Assembly (NCBI GenBank): GCA_964449435.1 | Contig: CAYUYR010000003.1 | Span: 45,614 to 109,613, forward strand | DNA: 64,000 bases | From: an uncultured Planctomycetaceae bacterium | GTDB taxonomy: Bacteria; Planctomycetota; Phycisphaerae; Sedimentisphaerales; UBA12454 | Direction: 5' to 3' | In this document: one piece after another, positions 9,244 to 18,711 of the stretch | How the letters are laid out: every line of letters starts with the position of its first letter | Position numbering within the stretch: position 1 is the first letter of the stretch | Program-made: the position numbers and the translations under genes | The notes under the pieces: model-generated | The model's input: only the letters and a program-made list of their open reading frames with translations | Databases searched by the model: none | What the model was told of the DNA's origin: nothing

Positions 9244-10218
9244 TCAGATTGTATTGTAGCATTTTTTGATTGTATCCAGCAGTTCCGCCTCGTCTTTCGC
9301 CATAACAAGTTCTCTTCGCACCTTGCCCGGCTGGTTATGACTTCTGCCATATTGGGAAAGAAACTTCCTGAAATACCATACGCATTTTTTCGGCTCGTAC
9401 AATTCTTTTAATAATTCGAAATGTTCGAGAATAATCTGCCCCTGCTCTTTGATATCCGGCTGGTAGATTTCCTCTTTGCCTTCGAGTACATCTTTGATTT
9501 GTCTGTAAATCCACGGCTTTCCAATCGCTCCTCTTGCGATTGCCGCCCCATCTGCGCCGCTTGTTTTGATTTTATTTACAATATCTTTCGCATCGAACAA
9601 ATCCCCGCTGCCGATGATATTTATTTTTGGATAAAGTTTTTTCAGCTCAGCAATAATATCCCAGTCCGCGCTGCCCCTGAAATACTGCTCGGTTGTCCTG
9701 CCGTGAACAATCAGTCCGTCAACTCCTTCAGCGGCGGCATCACTGCAAATCCGAAAAAAATCCTCACGCGCCGCTTCGCTGTCATCGACGCCGATTCTAA
9801 GCTTCATCATCACCGGACATTTAACAGCGTTTTTCACCGCGCGGAAAATTTCGAGTATTTTCGCCGGCTTATCCAGCATCGCTCCGCCTCTGCCTCTCCG
9901 CAAAACCTTCGGCGCAGGACAGGCGAAATTCAAATCTATTACATCGTATCCCATCTCGCAGAAATTCTTTGCCGCCTGCGCCATAGTCTTCGGCTCGGTC
10001 CCGAGCAATTGTCCGCCGATAGGATGTTCTTCTTCCCGCAGTTTATAAAAATCTCTTTTAAGCAGCGGCTTATGACAGGCCGATTTATCGAGCATAACTC
10101 CGCTGAAAGTAAGTTCGCAGCCAAACCGCCTTGCAAGCGTTCTCATCGCGCGGTCGCTGTACCCGCTCAGCGGCGCCTGCATAATCGGAGTATTGAGTTT
10201 TATATTTTCTATTTGCAC
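9244..10218 (-). CDS. tRNA-dihydrouridine synthase (DusB-like)
   Basis: APLSGYSD, IDLNFACPAPKV, HGRT, GSGDL, IARGAIGKPW. Confidence 0.92.
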   Translation of the reverse strand: MQIENIKLNTPIMQAPLSGYSDRAMRTLARRFGCELTFSGVMLDKSACHKPLLKRDFYKLREEEHPIGGQLLGTEPKTMAQAAKNFCEMGYDVIDLNFACPAPKVLRRGRGGAMLDKPAKILEIFRAVKNAVKCPVMMKLRIGVDDSEAAREDFFRICSDAAAEGVDGLIVHGRTTEQYFRGSADWDIIAELKKLYPKINIIGSGDLFDAKDIVNKIKTSGADGAAIARGAIGKPWIYRQIKDVLEGKEEIYQPDIKEQGQIILEHFELLKELYEPKKCVWYFRKFLSQYGRSHNQPGKVRRELVMAKDEAELLDTIKKCYNTI

Positions 10219-10722
10219 TTATGAGGATTTTTCGCTAAGTGTTTTTTCTTTTTTCGCGTTAAAGCATACGAATGAAACCAGTACCAGTCCCGCGCCGGCG
10301 GCGAACAAAATTATCCGTGACAATTTCAAAGTCGTCCGTTCGAGCCACGCCGGTACTTCTTCCGATATTTTCTCATTCTCATTACTGTCCATCTGCTCAA
10401 TCGCAGCCTTTGCCTGTTCGAGCATTTCAGCAGTTATTTGCACTTCCGGCAGATTGGCGTCTTCAATTTTTTCGCTGGTTATTTCCGGCGCAAGACGCTT
10501 GAGCATATTAGGGTCTTTGTGTATCTTACCGACAAGCACATCGTGGTCTTCGATAATTTGTTGAATTTGTCGGTTGTCCTGTTCGGACTGTTTTGTCGCC
10601 GCTTCTATTTTATAAAGGTTTTTCCACTCCGGCCCAAGCACCGCAAGCGCAACGGCAAAAATCCCTATCGCCGAAAACAGCGAGAAAAACAGTGCTCTGC
10701 CGAATGTTTCGAGTAGTTTCAC
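10219..10722 (-). CDS. Membrane protein with FtsB/DivIC-like N-terminal half and a second C-terminal TM
   Basis: N-terminal TM, coiled coil, KDPNMLKRLAPE resembling DivIC DP..IE.LARE; abuts the dus start. Confidence 0.6.
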   Translation of the reverse strand: MKLLETFGRALFFSLFSAIGIFAVALAVLGPEWKNLYKIEAATKQSEQDNRQIQQIIEDHDVLVGKIHKDPNMLKRLAPEITSEKIEDANLPEVQITAEMLEQAKAAIEQMDSNENEKISEEVPAWLERTTLKLSRIILFAAGAGLVLVSFVCFNAKKEKTLSEKSS

Positions 10723-10944
10723 AAATTATTCCATAAAAAATTATGGCTGTATGATAAGGATTGCCCGTAAAAAATCAAAGTTCAAAAAAACCTAAAATAA
10801 CTGTATATTTACGGTCTTGATTGTGCCGTATTCTCATTAAGTCCTATAATTGCGACACCTAATCCGATAATCTGAAGGGGGTTAAAGCAGCATTGCTTAA
10901 CCGTTGGAAAATCCTCTTTATTACTCCACAACCGATGAATTATA

Positions 10945-10972
10945 TTGACAATCTTGCCTATTTTGCTAAAAT
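10945..10972 (+). promoter_or_regulatory. Sigma-70-type promoter for the 11064 gene
   Basis: TTGACA-N16-TAAAAT with TG extension. Confidence 0.6.
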
Positions 10973-11004
10973 TAACATTATATCTAAACTGAAGTAGGCT
11001 TTTA

Positions 11005-11043
11005 TCCACGGAGGAGCCTCGGAGGCAGGCCGCCCACGGAGGG
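11005..11043 (+). promoter_or_regulatory. Three tandem GGA-pentaloop mini-hairpins (putative CsrA/RsmA sites)
   Basis: TCC-ACGGA-GGA, GCC-TCGGA-GGC, CCC-ACGGA-GGG in the 5' leader. Confidence 0.6.
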
Positions 11044-11063
11044 GGGAATTCAATCGTAGCCGT

Positions 11064-12332
11064 ATGAAAAGCAAAAAAGCTGCAACGAATTTGCTCATTT
11101 TGCAGCCCAATTTCTGGTTGCACCTTTTGCTTGCGGTCGCAGTCTCTCTGCCCGCAGGGCCCATAGCCTATGCGCAGCAGGCTCAGCAACAGGCCCAGCA
11201 AATCAATCAGGATCAATCGGTTGATTATTTCTATCTCGTCTCGACCGTTGAATACACCGCCAAACAGGGCAGTGAGGAAAGACAATATCGTCATCAGGTC
11301 GAGCCGTGGTTCACCGTAACCAGTTATCCGACATCCAAAACACAAAGGCACTATAATTTATCGACTCATCGTCTTGACGTTAAAAAAGGTTATATTTACG
11401 GCCAGTATCAGGACGTCAACGAGATAAATTACGACCTCACGGACAAACGCTATATGACTTCTGTCGATGACGACCTGCAGCATTTAAGAAAAATGAACAA
11501 TGCCTGCATCGACACCCTGAACGGCAAGGCAGTTAATAAAGTAGGCGAAACATGGACGTGCAGGTACGACTTGAGGATTTTTAATCATTATTCTCTGCCG
11601 GACGAGCTGAAGTTTACCGTCTCTTCGATAAAGGTCCCAACCGAAAAGCTCGGCGACCTCGTCGCGGTAAGGGCAATTTCAGACCCGTTTATGGTTAAAG
11701 CCGTCAGCCAGCGAGAAGAATACGGCTATGTAAAATGTCAGGTAGCTTCCGTTTATCTTTTCGACCCTTATGTAATGGACAGAAATTCCGAGGATTTATA
11801 CGTCAGCGCGACGAAATTTATGGCCGCTACGAAAATGGACGGTATGACTCAGCAGTACTGCTACGAATTCGGCACATACAAAACTGATTCCAACAGTATG
11901 CCCATCGACCTTAACGGCCTCGATTATGTCTTCGAGGATTTTATGCAGAAAATCGAATTGACTCCCGAACCGCTCGAAGTTAATCAGCCGACAGGAATGC
12001 CTTTCTGGGCCAGAGTGGAAATTGTCAACGCCGCCCAGATTGCCTCGACCGCCGCCGCTGTTACCTGCGAACAGTCTATCGTCAATCCCGTCTCAAGTAT
12101 CTATCTGGCCGCGGCAAGAACATATCAATTTCAGGAAGAGGAATGTCTCCTTGTTCCGACCTACTGCAATCGTACCGTTTGCCAGGCTTTGCGTGCCGAC
12201 GTCAGGGCCATTCGTCCGATGGAAATCTGCGGCAAAAGACGAAATCTCCTTTTCTTATGGCTGATTCCGCTCCCTATTGCCCTTGCCCATTATCACCATC
12301 ATCACAAAGACAAGAGTCCTTATAAGCCTTAA
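11064..12332 (+). CDS. Exported hypothetical protein with C-terminal hydrophobic segment and His-rich tail
   Basis: Signal peptide ending ..PIAYA/QQ, beta-rich body, RRNLLFLWLIPLPIALAHYHHHHKDKSPYKP; 422-aa ORF with upstream promoter. Confidence 0.8.
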   Translation: MKSKKAATNLLILQPNFWLHLLLAVAVSLPAGPIAYAQQAQQQAQQINQDQSVDYFYLVSTVEYTAKQGSEERQYRHQVEPWFTVTSYPTSKTQRHYNLSTHRLDVKKGYIYGQYQDVNEINYDLTDKRYMTSVDDDLQHLRKMNNACIDTLNGKAVNKVGETWTCRYDLRIFNHYSLPDELKFTVSSIKVPTEKLGDLVAVRAISDPFMVKAVSQREEYGYVKCQVASVYLFDPYVMDRNSEDLYVSATKFMAATKMDGMTQQYCYEFGTYKTDSNSMPIDLNGLDYVFEDFMQKIELTPEPLEVNQPTGMPFWARVEIVNAAQIASTAAAVTCEQSIVNPVSSIYLAAARTYQFQEEECLLVPTYCNRTVCQALRADVRAIRPMEICGKRRNLLFLWLIPLPIALAHYHHHHKDKSPYKP

Positions 12333-12431
12333 GCGCGCAAAACAATTTTTCAAAAACCCATTGCTCAAACCCCAGAAAAACTATACCCTATCCCCTATAC
12401 CCTGTACCCTAATGAACATAAAGGAGTAAAA

Positions 12432-12794
12432 GTGACAAATATCATTTTATTTTTGCTTTTAGGTCTCGTCGCCGGAGTAGCCAGCGGCCTTATCGGCATC
12501 GGCGGTGCGACGATTATAATTCCGGCGCTGGTTTTTCTTTTCGGTATGTCCCAGCATTTAGCTCAGGGCACAACACTGGCGATGATGGTCCCGCCAATCG
12601 GCCTGCTTGCCGCCTGGATGTATTATCAGAAAGGTTATGTCGATTTAAAAATCGCCGGCATTATGTGTATCGGCTTCTTCATCGGCGGCCTGCTCGGCGC
12701 AAAATTCGCCGTAGAAATGCCCGCACATATATTAAAAAAATTGTTTGGAATTTTTCTCCTCACCGTCTCTTTGAGAATGATTTTCTTTAAATAA
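12432..12794 (+). CDS. TSUP (TauE/SafE) family transporter, single-repeat form
   Basis: SGLIGIGGATIIIPAL, QHLAQGTTLA; SD AAGGAG before GTG. Confidence 0.9.
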   Translation: MTNIILFLLLGLVAGVASGLIGIGGATIIIPALVFLFGMSQHLAQGTTLAMMVPPIGLLAAWMYYQKGYVDLKIAGIMCIGFFIGGLLGAKFAVEMPAHILKKLFGIFLLTVSLRMIFFK

Positions 12795-12927
12795 AAATTG
12801 AGGCAACCTCTGAAAGCTTGTCCTTGCAATAATTCGGACTTTGCGGAGAACAGCAATATATTCGACGGCGGTCTAAATGCGAGTACATCATGAGTCCCTT
12901 TTAAAGCTCATATAAGAAGATGTCGCT

Positions 12928-14508
12928 TTACTGACTGCCTTTCGGCGTCAGGCCGTCCTTTAGCAGTTTATATTCGACACTGTCCACCAGCGCCTGCCAG
13001 CTTGCGTCGATGATATTTTCCGAAGCACCGACCGTGCCCCAGACGGCGTTTTTATCGCGTGTCTCAATGATTACTCTTGTAGCGGCGGCTGTGGCCGCGG
13101 CAGGATTGACAATCCTAACCTTGTAATCAATAAGATGCATTTCGCTGATGCTCGGATAAAACCTTCCGAGAGATTTACTCAGCGCACAGTAAAGGGCATC
13201 GACAGGGCCGTCGCCTTCGCTTACAACATGTTCGGTCGTGCCGTCAACGGTGAGCTTAATTGTTGCGTGGCTGACCATTCTGCCGTCAGCACTTTTTTCG
13301 ACGGTAGTATAAAATTTTTCGAGCTTGAAGAACGGCTTGTAAGTACCAAGCATTTTTTTGACCAGCAGCTCGAAGCTCGCCTCGGCGGCCTCAAACTGAT
13401 AGCCCTTATTTTCGAGAGCCTGAATCTGTTCGAGAATTTTACGGGCAAGCTGCGGGTCCTGCGTAATATTCGCTTTTTCGAGTTTGGCAAGGATATTCGC
13501 CTTGCCGGAAAGCTCCGAGATTAAAAACCTGCGTTCGTTACCCACCATAGCGGGGTCGATGTGCTCATAGGTTATCTCGTTTTTCCGCAGTGCATCGACG
13601 TGCAGACCGGCCTTGTGGGCGAATGCGCTTTCGCCGACATAAGGCATATTGTTTGCCGGCGGCAGATTCGCGATTTCAGAGATGAACCGTGAAGTTTCCG
13701 TCAGCATCTTCATTTTGTCCGGACTTAATACCTCATAGCCCATTTTCAGGGCGAGATTTGGAATAATCGTGCACAGATTGGCATTGCCTGTTCTTTCGCC
13801 GAGGCCGTTGATTGTACCCTGAACGTGCCGAGCACCGGCGCCAACGGCGGCAAGGGAACTCGCAACCGCACAATCGGTATCGTTATGACAATGAATGCCC
13901 AGCGATACTTTGCCGAGCTTATCCTTAACAGCCTTTGTTATTTTGTAAACTTCGTTCGGCAGACATCCGCCGTTGGTTTCACATAATACGATAGTGTCCG
14001 CTTTTGCTTCGACCGCAGCGGCGAGAACTTTCATAGCATAGTCAGGGTTCTTTTTATAACCATCGAAGAAATGCTCGGCGTCGAAAATCACTTCGAGCTT
14101 TTTGGATTTCATATACTGTATGGATTCGGCGCAGATTTTGATGTTATCTTCGAGACTGCACCGCAGCACTTCGAGAACGTGCAAATCCCAGCATTTGCCG
14201 ACGAGTGTAGCGACCGGAGTTTTGCAGGCTAAAACAGCGTTCAGCGACAAATCGTTCTGACAAGTCGCGTCTGCCCGGCGGGTATTGCCGAAACCTGCGA
14301 TTTTGGCGCCCGTCAGGCCCAGCTTGGCCGCTTCGAGGAAAAATTGCATTTCCTTTTCGTTGCTCGATGCGTAGCCGCCCTCGATATAGTCGAAACCTAA
14401 TTTATCGAGATGTTTTGCTATCGCAAGTTTATCGTCGAGCGAAAAACTGATGCCCTCGGCCTGCATTCCGTCGCGAAGGGTTGTGTCGTAGATTTTGACT
14501 TTTTCCAT
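12928..14508 (-). CDS. cimA: Citramalate synthase
   Basis: YDTTLRDGMQAEG, FDAEHFFDG, HCHND, GLGERTGNANL, AFAHKAGLH, EGDGPVDAL; start placed at MEKVK. Confidence 0.92.
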   Translation of the reverse strand: MEKVKIYDTTLRDGMQAEGISFSLDDKLAIAKHLDKLGFDYIEGGYASSNEKEMQFFLEAAKLGLTGAKIAGFGNTRRADATCQNDLSLNAVLACKTPVATLVGKCWDLHVLEVLRCSLEDNIKICAESIQYMKSKKLEVIFDAEHFFDGYKKNPDYAMKVLAAAVEAKADTIVLCETNGGCLPNEVYKITKAVKDKLGKVSLGIHCHNDTDCAVASSLAAVGAGARHVQGTINGLGERTGNANLCTIIPNLALKMGYEVLSPDKMKMLTETSRFISEIANLPPANNMPYVGESAFAHKAGLHVDALRKNEITYEHIDPAMVGNERRFLISELSGKANILAKLEKANITQDPQLARKILEQIQALENKGYQFEAAEASFELLVKKMLGTYKPFFKLEKFYTTVEKSADGRMVSHATIKLTVDGTTEHVVSEGDGPVDALYCALSKSLGRFYPSISEMHLIDYKVRIVNPAAATAAATRVIIETRDKNAVWGTVGASENIIDASWQALVDSVEYKLLKDGLTPKGSQ

Positions 14509-14591
14509 TTTCTGCCTGCTTATGTAAAGAAACAATTCTACAAAAAAGGCAGAAAAAGTAAAGCAAAATAAATGTCGGCAATTGACCGATT

Positions 14592-15287
14592 TTATTCGAG
14601 ATGAATAACGCTTCTTTTGCCGTCGGCGTCGAGACTTGCTTTTTTGATAATGCTGTAAAGCTGGTTCGGATTGCCTACTTTTTCGAACCTGAACTGGGGG
14701 TCGGTTTTATCAGTGGTGATAAGCACAACAGAACCTATCCCGACAAGGCGGTCGGAAAAACTCCTGTGCATACTCATATCGACGATGCGGAACATATCGA
14801 TATTATCGACGTTTCGCGAAAGTATCCCTCTTGACCATTCGATTCTATCGGTGGTTATACGGTAGCGGATGCTCTTAAGCTTTATGATTTTAAGCAGAAA
14901 CACAAGAACAGCCGCCGCCGACAGTGACAAGGCGACAACGACCCTGTATTTTTCTATTGTGCCGATTGCGTCTGCCCCAAGATTTAAATCCGCAAGAATT
15001 TGTTTCACCGGCCAGAACGCCATAAAATAACAAACCGTCAGAACAATTGCTAATTTCAGAAAACTCGGCGTAAGCAGCCACAGCGAAGGCGATGCCTCGA
15101 ACAGCGGCGCCGACGGTTTTTTATTATCTCCTTTTTCGGAAGATTCATCCGCCGGTTTCGGATGCTTATTGAGAAACTCGCTGCAGTATCTGCACTTTAT
15201 CGCCGCCGAAAGAATAAGCTCGGCGCAATAGGGACACTGTTTCGTGCCGTGCGGCAAATTCTCTGTTAGTGCTTTATCGTCAATCAT
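14592..15287 (-). CDS. Zn-ribbon + membrane-flanked bacterial PH (bPH_2) domain protein
   Basis: CPYCAE..AIKCRYC, two TMs, RYRITTDRI..SRGILSR..D.I.MFRI. Confidence 0.8.
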   Translation of the reverse strand: MIDDKALTENLPHGTKQCPYCAELILSAAIKCRYCSEFLNKHPKPADESSEKGDNKKPSAPLFEASPSLWLLTPSFLKLAIVLTVCYFMAFWPVKQILADLNLGADAIGTIEKYRVVVALSLSAAAVLVFLLKIIKLKSIRYRITTDRIEWSRGILSRNVDNIDMFRIVDMSMHRSFSDRLVGIGSVVLITTDKTDPQFRFEKVGNPNQLYSIIKKASLDADGKRSVIHLE

Positions 15288-15294
15288 ACTCGGC

Positions 15295-17727
15295 TTAAGA
15301 ATTTAAAATCTCCTTTTGTTCCTGCCGGGCAGGAGTATAATCGTAATCGACTTCTTTAACGCTGTGCGGCGTTTGTTCTTCCGTCAGCTCTTCGTCGCCG
15401 TCCGGCGATTCATCCTGCATATCTGAGTAGCCCGCCTGTTTGTCGGCGTCCATCTGCCGTTTGAGCCGTTCGTATTCGTCAATGGTTATCAGAACTTCAC
15501 GGGCCTGACTGCCTTTATATTCGCCTAAAATTCCTGAAGAGGCCATAGCCTCGATAATCCTGCTGGCGCGGGCATAGCCGATACTGAGTTTTCTCTGCAA
15601 TAGTGAAACACTGCCCCGCTGCGATTCGAGAACGAGCCTTACGGCATCATCAAACATCTCGTCCTTGCAGGCTTCGCCGGCATCGATGCGGTTAAGCTGC
15701 ATAAGCTCCGGATGGAACTGCGGCTCGGCCTGTTCGGTAAGGTGCTCCACAACTTTGCGGACTTCAGTATCGTCGACGAATGCTCCCTGCGCGCGGACAA
15801 GCTCGCTTGTGCCGGGCTTGAGGAACAGCATATCGCCCTGGCCTAAAAGCGTTTCAGCGCCGTTCTGGTCGAGCACGATTCTGCTGTCAAGCCGGGTAGC
15901 GACACGGAAACTGACACGGCTCGGCAGGTTTGCCTTGATAAGACCTGTAACGACCGTCGCCTGCGGCCGCTGTGTCGCAAGAACAATATGAATTCCGACC
16001 GCCCGGCTCTTTTGTGCGATGCGGACGATATAATTTTCGATTTCCTTCGACGAGGTCATCATAAGGTCGGCAAGCTCATCGACTATTATCACATAATACG
16101 GAATACGTTTCGGAATTTTCGCCTCTTCTTCCGGACTTTGCGGGTCAAACCTGCGTATAATTTCCTCGCTGCCGAGCGAATTATATCCGGCGATATTTTT
16201 CACGCCCGCCTCGGCGAACAGTGCGTATCGCTCGTCCATCTTCATCGTCGCCCACTCGAATATCTGTTCGGCCTTGCTGATTTCCGTAACTATCGGCGCC
16301 ATCAGGTGCGGAATCTTCGAGAATGCCGTCATCTCTACCATTTTCGGGTCAACCAAAACGAGCTTTACCTCGTCGGGGCGTTTGGTCAGCATAATGCTCA
16401 TAATAATACTGTTTATGCACACGCTTTTTCCCGAACCTGTCGTGCCTGCGATGAGCAGATGCGGCATAGTCGTCAAATCGCTGACGATTGCCTGTCCCGA
16501 CGAGTCTTTGCCCAAAAACAGCGGCAGTTCCATTTGTTTATAGTTTTGATTTGCTCGTACAATCAGGTCTTTAAGGCGGACGGTTTCTTTTTGGCTGTTC
16601 GGTACTTCGATTCCGATTGTGTGTTTGCCAGGCAGCGGCGCAACGACCCGAACCGCCGGCGCTCCCAGCGCACGCGCTATATCGTTGGAAAGATTCGATA
16701 TCTGGCTCACCTTAACGCCCGGCGCAAGCGCAAGCTCGAACATCGTTATCGTAGGTCCGGGGTCGGAGCCGGCCACGCGGGCCTCTATGCCGAACTCGTT
16801 AAGCACCTGTTCGAGAGCAGCCGATTTTGCCCTGATAATTTTTTCCTGAACCGAGCCGAAACTGTATTCCGGCTCCATAAGCATATCCAGCGGCGGAAGC
16901 GCAAAGTTTTCATAGCTCTCCGATTCGTAAGCCGCCTCGTCCGAACTTTTCGTTTCCCTGCTCTCCGTTTTCGGCAGCGAAAGTTTTTTCTCCAAATGAA
17001 CTTCAATCGCCTCATCGGCCTGTGTTATCTGATGAGGCTGCTGACTGGCGACGTGTTGTGCCTCTTCGGCAAGGAGCTGCGCTACGGAAGGCTGAGCCTT
17101 CTTAATGCTTAATTTCTTCCATATCTCCGACAGCTTTTTAGAGTTATCTCTTGCCGCCGACCACGCCGGCGCAAAAACGCCGCTCATTTTTGAAAACGCC
17201 GCGCCGGTAAGGTGAAGTGTTCCCATCACGAGCGCATCGGCAAGTAAAATCGCCCCCACGATAAAGCTGCTCAAAATTATTATTACCGTGCCGAGCATCG
17301 AGAAATTATTTTTCAAAAACAATATTGCCGAAGCGCCGAGCACTCCGCCTGCTCCGTTCGGCAGTCCTGCCGGACTGTGCGGCCTGAAAATATAGAAGAT
17401 TGCCGAAACCGCCGCCGCCACGAGAACCATTCCGACACTGCGTATAACCGGCTGGCTGATTTCTTTGTTGGCAAATTTTATGATAATTGCGGTAATCGAT
17501 GCCGCCAGCACGACGAACGCTCCTGCTCCGATATAGTACATAAGATAATACGCGAAAAACGCTCCGACCGCTCCGCACCAGTTTGCCGCAGGCTGGTTGT
17601 TCGGCCAGACATACCTGCTCGGGAAATCGCCCGCGTCGAAACTCAAGCAGCTGAAAAACAGTAATGCCATAGCCGCCAAAGCAATTATTTGCACCGCCTT
17701 ATAACTCAGGTTCACCGGCTTATTCAA
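15295..17727 (-). CDS. ftsK: DNA translocase FtsK
   Basis: 4TM N-terminus, PHLLIAGTTGSGKSV, IVDELADLMM, LATQRP, GAETLLGQGDML, gamma domain SLLQRKLSIGYARASRII. Confidence 0.97.
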   Translation of the reverse strand: MNKPVNLSYKAVQIIALAAMALLFFSCLSFDAGDFPSRYVWPNNQPAANWCGAVGAFFAYYLMYYIGAGAFVVLAASITAIIIKFANKEISQPVIRSVGMVLVAAAVSAIFYIFRPHSPAGLPNGAGGVLGASAILFLKNNFSMLGTVIIILSSFIVGAILLADALVMGTLHLTGAAFSKMSGVFAPAWSAARDNSKKLSEIWKKLSIKKAQPSVAQLLAEEAQHVASQQPHQITQADEAIEVHLEKKLSLPKTESRETKSSDEAAYESESYENFALPPLDMLMEPEYSFGSVQEKIIRAKSAALEQVLNEFGIEARVAGSDPGPTITMFELALAPGVKVSQISNLSNDIARALGAPAVRVVAPLPGKHTIGIEVPNSQKETVRLKDLIVRANQNYKQMELPLFLGKDSSGQAIVSDLTTMPHLLIAGTTGSGKSVCINSIIMSIMLTKRPDEVKLVLVDPKMVEMTAFSKIPHLMAPIVTEISKAEQIFEWATMKMDERYALFAEAGVKNIAGYNSLGSEEIIRRFDPQSPEEEAKIPKRIPYYVIIVDELADLMMTSSKEIENYIVRIAQKSRAVGIHIVLATQRPQATVVTGLIKANLPSRVSFRVATRLDSRIVLDQNGAETLLGQGDMLFLKPGTSELVRAQGAFVDDTEVRKVVEHLTEQAEPQFHPELMQLNRIDAGEACKDEMFDDAVRLVLESQRGSVSLLQRKLSIGYARASRIIEAMASSGILGEYKGSQAREVLITIDEYERLKRQMDADKQAGYSDMQDESPDGDEELTEEQTPHSVKEVDYDYTPARQEQKEILNS

Positions 17728-17846
17728 TTTTGCACCTCAAAAATTCCAAATAGTCCTATAAAAAAGCGTTTTTCTGTATTATGCGCGCAAAAACTATCCT
17801 GCTGCGTATCACATTTTATCGGCAAAATGTGCTGTTTTTCTATACC

Positions 17847-18488
17847 TTAACTGCCGCATCGGGATTTGAACGCAAAGATGCCGCCGATTGCCAGCAAAAG
17901 GATTGTCGCCGGCTCGGGAATTACGGACAATTTTAACGGCTCGGCTCCGGTATCTATGAGCATATCCAGTCTTATATCTTTTATCAGGCCGGTGTCGTAA
18001 TATCTCGCATCGTAAATTTTTATCTGCCACCAGCCGCCGCTTTGCCGGCCGTAAAGCTCGCTTAATCTATCGTCTCCGTTCGGCCTAAACAGGCCCATAT
18101 AAGGCTCCCAGGACTGGTCGATATCGAATATACTTTCTTCGTCGAGTATTATCCAGCCCAAGATTTGACGGTCTGGGTCAAAACGATTTGTAAAATCGTC
18201 ATAATAGTTAATAAGTATAGTATCGCCCTCAAGCTCCGGAGAGCCGACAAAAATTTGCAAATCGCAAAACGAACTGTGCTCCAAATTCAGGGCGATATCG
18301 ACATCGACAATTATGCCGCTTACGGGGACGAAAATATCTATTATAAGCTGTGTTTTTGTGTAGTCGGGGCCGAAATTTTCGTTGACGCTTTTGCCGAACG
18401 AAAAATACTCGGCACCGAAGAGAACACTCTGCAATATAAGTACGCAGATACCCCCCGCCAATAGATACTTTCTGCTGTTTGCGTCCAT
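17847..18488 (-). CDS. PEP-CTERM protein with proprotein-convertase P-domain
   Basis: Signal peptide; IVDVDIALNLEHS..DLQI, LSELYG...GWWQIKIYD; C-terminal IPEPATILLLAIGG..KSR. Confidence 0.85.
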   Translation of the reverse strand: MDANSRKYLLAGGICVLILQSVLFGAEYFSFGKSVNENFGPDYTKTQLIIDIFVPVSGIIVDVDIALNLEHSSFCDLQIFVGSPELEGDTILINYYDDFTNRFDPDRQILGWIILDEESIFDIDQSWEPYMGLFRPNGDDRLSELYGRQSGGWWQIKIYDARYYDTGLIKDIRLDMLIDTGAEPLKLSVIPEPATILLLAIGGIFAFKSRCGS

Positions 18489-18543
18489 TTAGCGTATTAT
18501 TATAAGACGTTAGCTTGGGAGTTCAATGTTAATTTGGCGGCAA

Positions 18544-18577
18544 TAAAAACGGCAGGGCGTTGTAAGCCCTGCCTTTT
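18544..18577. terminator. Intrinsic terminator (potentially bidirectional)
   Basis: AAAAAC-GGCAGGGC-gttgtaa-GCCCTGCC-TTTT. Confidence 0.8.
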
Positions 18578-18582
18578 ATCTT

Positions 18583-18711
18583 ATGGCTCTTTCGTTTTTG
18601 CGTTTTAGCGTCTTGCCCGCATCATCCTGCTTTGCCATCAGCCTTGTCGCAACTCTTCGAGATGGATTAGCCGGTTCAGCTAAACATAACCTTTTCAGGT
18701 CGTCGAGCCAT
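18583..18711 (-). ncRNA. Candidate structured non-coding RNA of unknown family
   Basis: Complementary ends ATGGCTC/GAGCCAT, GACCT-GAAA-AGGTT hairpin, GTTTAGC/GCTAAAAC, CCATC/GATGG; terminator directly 3'. Confidence 0.45.

Noticed and set aside
10809-11351. 180-aa minus-strand ORF
   Set aside because: Overlaps the promoter, leader and start of the 11064 gene; no protein-like features
12432-12794. Half-length TSUP transporter as a pseudogene
   Set aside because: Clean SD, start and stop; single-repeat TSUP proteins are known
15988-17112. Long + strand ORF (374 aa), and similar ones at 1610, 3234, 9421, 20268, 21716, 55538 (+) and 32369 (-)
   Set aside because: Antisense shadows of well-supported genes; no recognisable motifs
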